Shown: piece after piece, positions 60,511 through 64,000 of the stretch
Layout of the letters: the number at the start of each line of letters is the position of its first letter
How positions within the stretch are numbered: position 1 is the stretch's first letter
Assembly: GCA_002269645.1 (NCBI GenBank)
Contig: NIVC01001161.1
Span: forward strand, 62,001 to 126,000
Direction of reading: 5' to 3'
Source of the DNA: Macrostomum lignano
Lineage: Eukaryota
Length of the DNA stretch: 64,000 bases
Position numbers and translations under genes: made by a program
Notes under the pieces: model-generated
What the model saw: only the letters and a program-made list of their open reading frames with translations
What the model was told of the DNA's origin: nothing
The model's database searches: none

Positions 60511-61899
60511 ATTACTATCAGGATATCTAACAATAGTTCCGCTTTTAGTATAAAATATTTTGTTTTTTACCAGTTTGTGAATGTAAAACCTTTAAAATTG
60601 TTCCATTTTTTCAGTCAGCTGCACTGTGTGTTCTCACGAGTATCTGTGAGCACTGTATAACCAAGCCCTCATTGATGCTATTTAAATCTTCTCTCTTAGT
60701 ACAACTGAGCCATCATTTTCAAGAAGCACTTAAGGCACCCCGCTGAGTTCGTATTGTATCGGTGCCAATTTTATTAGGATTCATTTTAACAAAACTACTG
60801 GCGTGCTAAAATAACAATGTAAACAGTAGTGTTTTTATTGCAATATTACTTACTTACTGTTTGCAGTAGTGAGTTTTGTAGTAACAACACGTATGTGTTT
60901 AATATTTTGTGCAATTTTTTCTGGGTTTTTATGCGTGTCTGTTACTTCTGTATTTGCTCGGATGTGCAATGCGACTGAAAACAGTGCTAATACTGCCATA
61001 AAAAATTTTGAGTTTCAAAAAGCCTTCAGCGTAATTTTTTTAAATCTACTATAAGTAGTCTATAACCTGAAATGCTCTTGCGTACAGCTGTTCAATAAAT
61101 ATGAAACGAATTTTCATGCTTTATTCATGATGATAATTATTTCTGCTTATCTGCATATATAATTATATTTTAACTCTACAATATATACTACTGAATACCG
61201 TTTTTGCATATTTATTCAGTTTTCATGGAAAACAATTTTTTTAATTGCACTTTGAGCGAGTTTGTTCATTGCTCTTTTTTGCTGCTTACTAGTTAAGAAG
61301 AGGAGACGAGTTGAGAAACACAAATTAAAGTAGTAAGGCTTTTAGTTTAGGCAAAAGGTTTTTAGATTGACGATATGTAGCGTAGATAACTTTTTTAAGA
61401 GGAAATTTTAATTACAATAGTTCAGTAATAATTTTCTGCAATAAACTTTATTGCTCTGAAATTCCCAATGGCCTCATCACCAGACATGTCATTGCAATGT
61501 AGCGTGTAATCGAGACTTAAATTTCCGATATGTTGTGTAAATAACTTTACACACTATTGAAAGACCCTGGGTCGAAGTTCAGTTGATTCGCCGATGTTTA
61601 GACTGAAATTGTTGCTGATAGCTGCATGGACATTGAGTCGCTTTCCTTTCCAGTTGCAATTAGTTATTAAGAAAAATGTATTGTTTTTTTGCTTTGCAAT
61701 TACCCACTGGCTGCGAAATTACAGGGGACTGGCTTGAGAGATGGCACATCAATTATTGAATTTTCTGCAGCCGTGCGCGGCCTTTCTGCTAATTGCGTCG
61801 CGTGATCTGCCTGCTGACTGCGCATGCGCGAGTCTGTGGGAAATCGGTTCATTGTTGTGCGATTCGGTACAAATTGCAATTACACCTTAAGTCAATGTG

Positions 61900-62680
61900 G
61901 GAGAGAAAGGGGTGGGAGAGGGAGGGTAGGAGAGGGAGAGAGGGGTAGGAGAGGGAGAGGAGAGAGAGAGGGAGATGGGTAGGAGAGGGAGAGAGGGATA
62001 GGAGAGGGAGAGAGGGAGAGAGGGGTAGGAGAGGGAGAGGAGAGAGGGAGGGAGATGGGTAGGAGAGGGAGAGAGGGATAGGAGAGGGAGAGAGGGATAG
62101 GAGAGGGAGAGAGGGGTAGGAGAGGGAGAGGAGAGAGAGAGGGAGATGGGTAGGAGAGGGAGAGAGGGATAGGAGAGGGAGAGAGGGATAGGAGAGGGAG
62201 AGAGTGGGAGAGGGAGATGGGTAGGAGAGGGAGAGAGGGATAGGAGAGAGAGGGAGATGGGTAGGAGAGGGAGAGAGGGATAGGAGAGAGAGGGAGATGG
62301 GTAGGAGAGGGAGGGAGGGATAGGAGAGAGAGGGAGATGGGTTGGAGAGGGAGGGAGGGATAGGAGAGAGAGGGAGATGGGTAGGAGAGGGAGGGAGGGA
62401 TAGGAGAGAGAGGGAGATGGGTAGGAGAGGGAGATGGGTTGGAGAGGGAGGGAGGGATAGGAGAGAGAGGGAGATGGGTAGGAGAGGGAGGGAGGGATAG
62501 GAGAGAGAGGGAGATGGGTAGGAGAGGGAGATGGGTTGGAGAGGGAGGGAGGGATAGGAGAGGGAGAGAGTGGGAGAGGGTGGGAGAGGGAGAGAGGGAG
62601 GCATAGGAGAGGGGTAGGAGATGGGGAGAGAGGGAGAGGGAAAGAGGAGTAGGAGAAGGAGAGGGTGGGAGAGTGAGGAG
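61900..62680. repeat. Polypurine GA-rich degenerate minisatellite (GGGAGATGGGTAGGAGAGGGAGAGAGGGATAGGAGA)
   Basis: Direct. Confidence 0.93.
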
Positions 62681-63419
62681 AATAGAGTGAGAGGGAGTCG
62701 GATGGACAGGAAGTGAACTGAGCCAGTACTATCTGCAGTACACAGCCGCTTTGAAAATTTCTCAATACCGATTCTGCGATTCTCGCCAGCTTCAAATCAT
62801 AATTAATCCCCATTGCATTAACCCGAGTGACGCATTTTCAGAGACAGGGAGAGATAGGAGGTCAGATTGGGGAGGATGGGACTTGAGGTGACAGACCGAG
62901 CGGTCCCGCCTGAGCTCAGCAGGTGAGACTACACTAGGCAATGAAGAATACACACTGATCGCACTGGGATCTCTGAGCGGGGAAAGAGAAGGTCTTAAAC
63001 ACTCGTTCGTGTGTTGCTGCACGCTCTTCCTGTCTGTCTGCCTGTCCGTGTGTTTATTTGCCTGCTGGGCGAGGGACTTCAGCAGGGCTGAGTACGGAGA
63101 AAGCCACGGGCTGGAGACGCAGGCAGATGGGCGGGCAGGTTGAGTCTGGCTCTCTCATAAAGACTGTAATTTCTCCTCTGCAGGGCAGGCAGGGAGGGGA
63201 GCATCGAGCAGCATCCGAGCCCATAGCTCAGCCAATCGCTGACAAGAGAGGCGCGCGGTGCTGCAGGACTGATTGACTGACCTTAGCTAGCTGGGTGAAT
63301 TTCATCCACTTTTTTGACATTCGCATAGTTTTCGGCGCTTGCTGGCTTCACGCAGGTTTCATTGTTATCTCTCGGGGGCGAAGCTGACTGAGTCTGATGG
63401 CGCACAAGCTGGTTGCTAG

Positions 63420-64000
63420 GCTGTCCAGTCAGTCGCATTCGAGGCGACCCCGAGGACGACATTTTCGGCGTCGAAGATGAATGCAACGACAATTGCTGCT
63501 GCAGCGATAGCATGGGCGGTGAGAAATTCCCTGTTGCTGAGGCTGGGAATTCCCCTGTCACTGTGGCTGGGACTGGGAATTCCCCTGTTACTGGGATTGG
63601 AAATTCCCCTGTTACTATGGCTGGGACTCGGAATTCCCGTTACTTGGGCTGGGAATTCCCCTGTTACTGTGGCTGGGAATTCCCCTGTTGCTGTGGCTGG
63701 GAATTCCCCTGTTGCTCAGGCTGGGAATTTCCCTGTTACTGTGGCTGTGAATTCCCCTTTTGCTGGGACAGGGAATTCCCATGTTGCTGAGTCTTGACTA
63801 GACCCCCACCCCGCCGACCGTTCCAGACGATGAAGCCGACCAACAAGCCTCGACCACAGAAACCTTCAACCTTGACGTATTCTCCAAGGAGTTCACCGAC
63901 TCCAGAGTGTACCGTTCCATCGTTCAGGGAAATCTGGCGGGTTTGTACCACGCTGTGTACTGCCTTCGCGAGCCTGTCACGGTGATTGACACCAACTTCG
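63420..64000 (+). CDS. Unidentified gene, partial; probable exons about 63420-63518 and 63827 to beyond 64000
   Basis: ..DPEDDIFGVEDECNDNCCCSDSMG|DDEADQQASTTETFNLDVFSKEFTDSRVYRSIVQGNLAGLYHAVYCLREPVTVIDTNF; phase-1 GTGAGA..TTCCAG intron containing a 24-bp array. Confidence 0.5.
63525..63785. repeat. 24-bp minisatellite GGGAATTCCCCTGTTACTGTGGCT
   Basis: GNSPVTVA periodicity. Confidence 0.9.

Noticed and set aside
14013-62813. Long ORFs in tandem arrays (e.g. 17104-17604, 41198-41860, 43116-44242, 52016-53473, 59537-60553, 61887-62813)
   Set aside because: They are stop-free translations of minisatellite or low-complexity DNA in several frames at once, mostly inside introns
63736-63951. Minus-strand ORF MVQTRQISL..
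   Set aside because: Antisense shadow of the plus-strand exon, which has proper splice sites

Overview
Eukaryotic (metazoan) genomic DNA. Intron-containing USP genes, GC-rich exons in AT-rich DNA and introns packed with minisatellites suggest a free-living flatworm such as Macrostomum (inference). Genes reconstructed exon by exon: Skp1 (+), two tandem universal stress protein paralogues (-), FAM32A (-), NOB1 (+, with a 1-bp frameshift near its C-terminus), a full RING+4xPDZ LNX1/2-like E3 ligase (+, two GC-AG introns), and an unidentified gene cut by the window end. Mobile DNA: a decayed RTE-like LINE, a MULE with 9-bp TSD plus an adjacent related MITE, several 8-bp-TSD (hAT-like) MITEs, a 5'-truncated RNase H/CCHC LINE with 15-bp TSD, and Helitron-like termini attached to minisatellites. 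Most notable patterns: (1) CpG-to-TpG damage explains the nonsense and catalytic-site mutations in unrelated TEs, and a 10-kb CpG-starved domain surrounds a small CpG-retaining island between divergent FAM32A and NOB1, together pointing to targeted DNA methylation; (2) most introns carry their own tandem array, and at least one array family is attached to a Helitron-like end. Most long ORFs in the supplied track are artefacts of tandem repeats.
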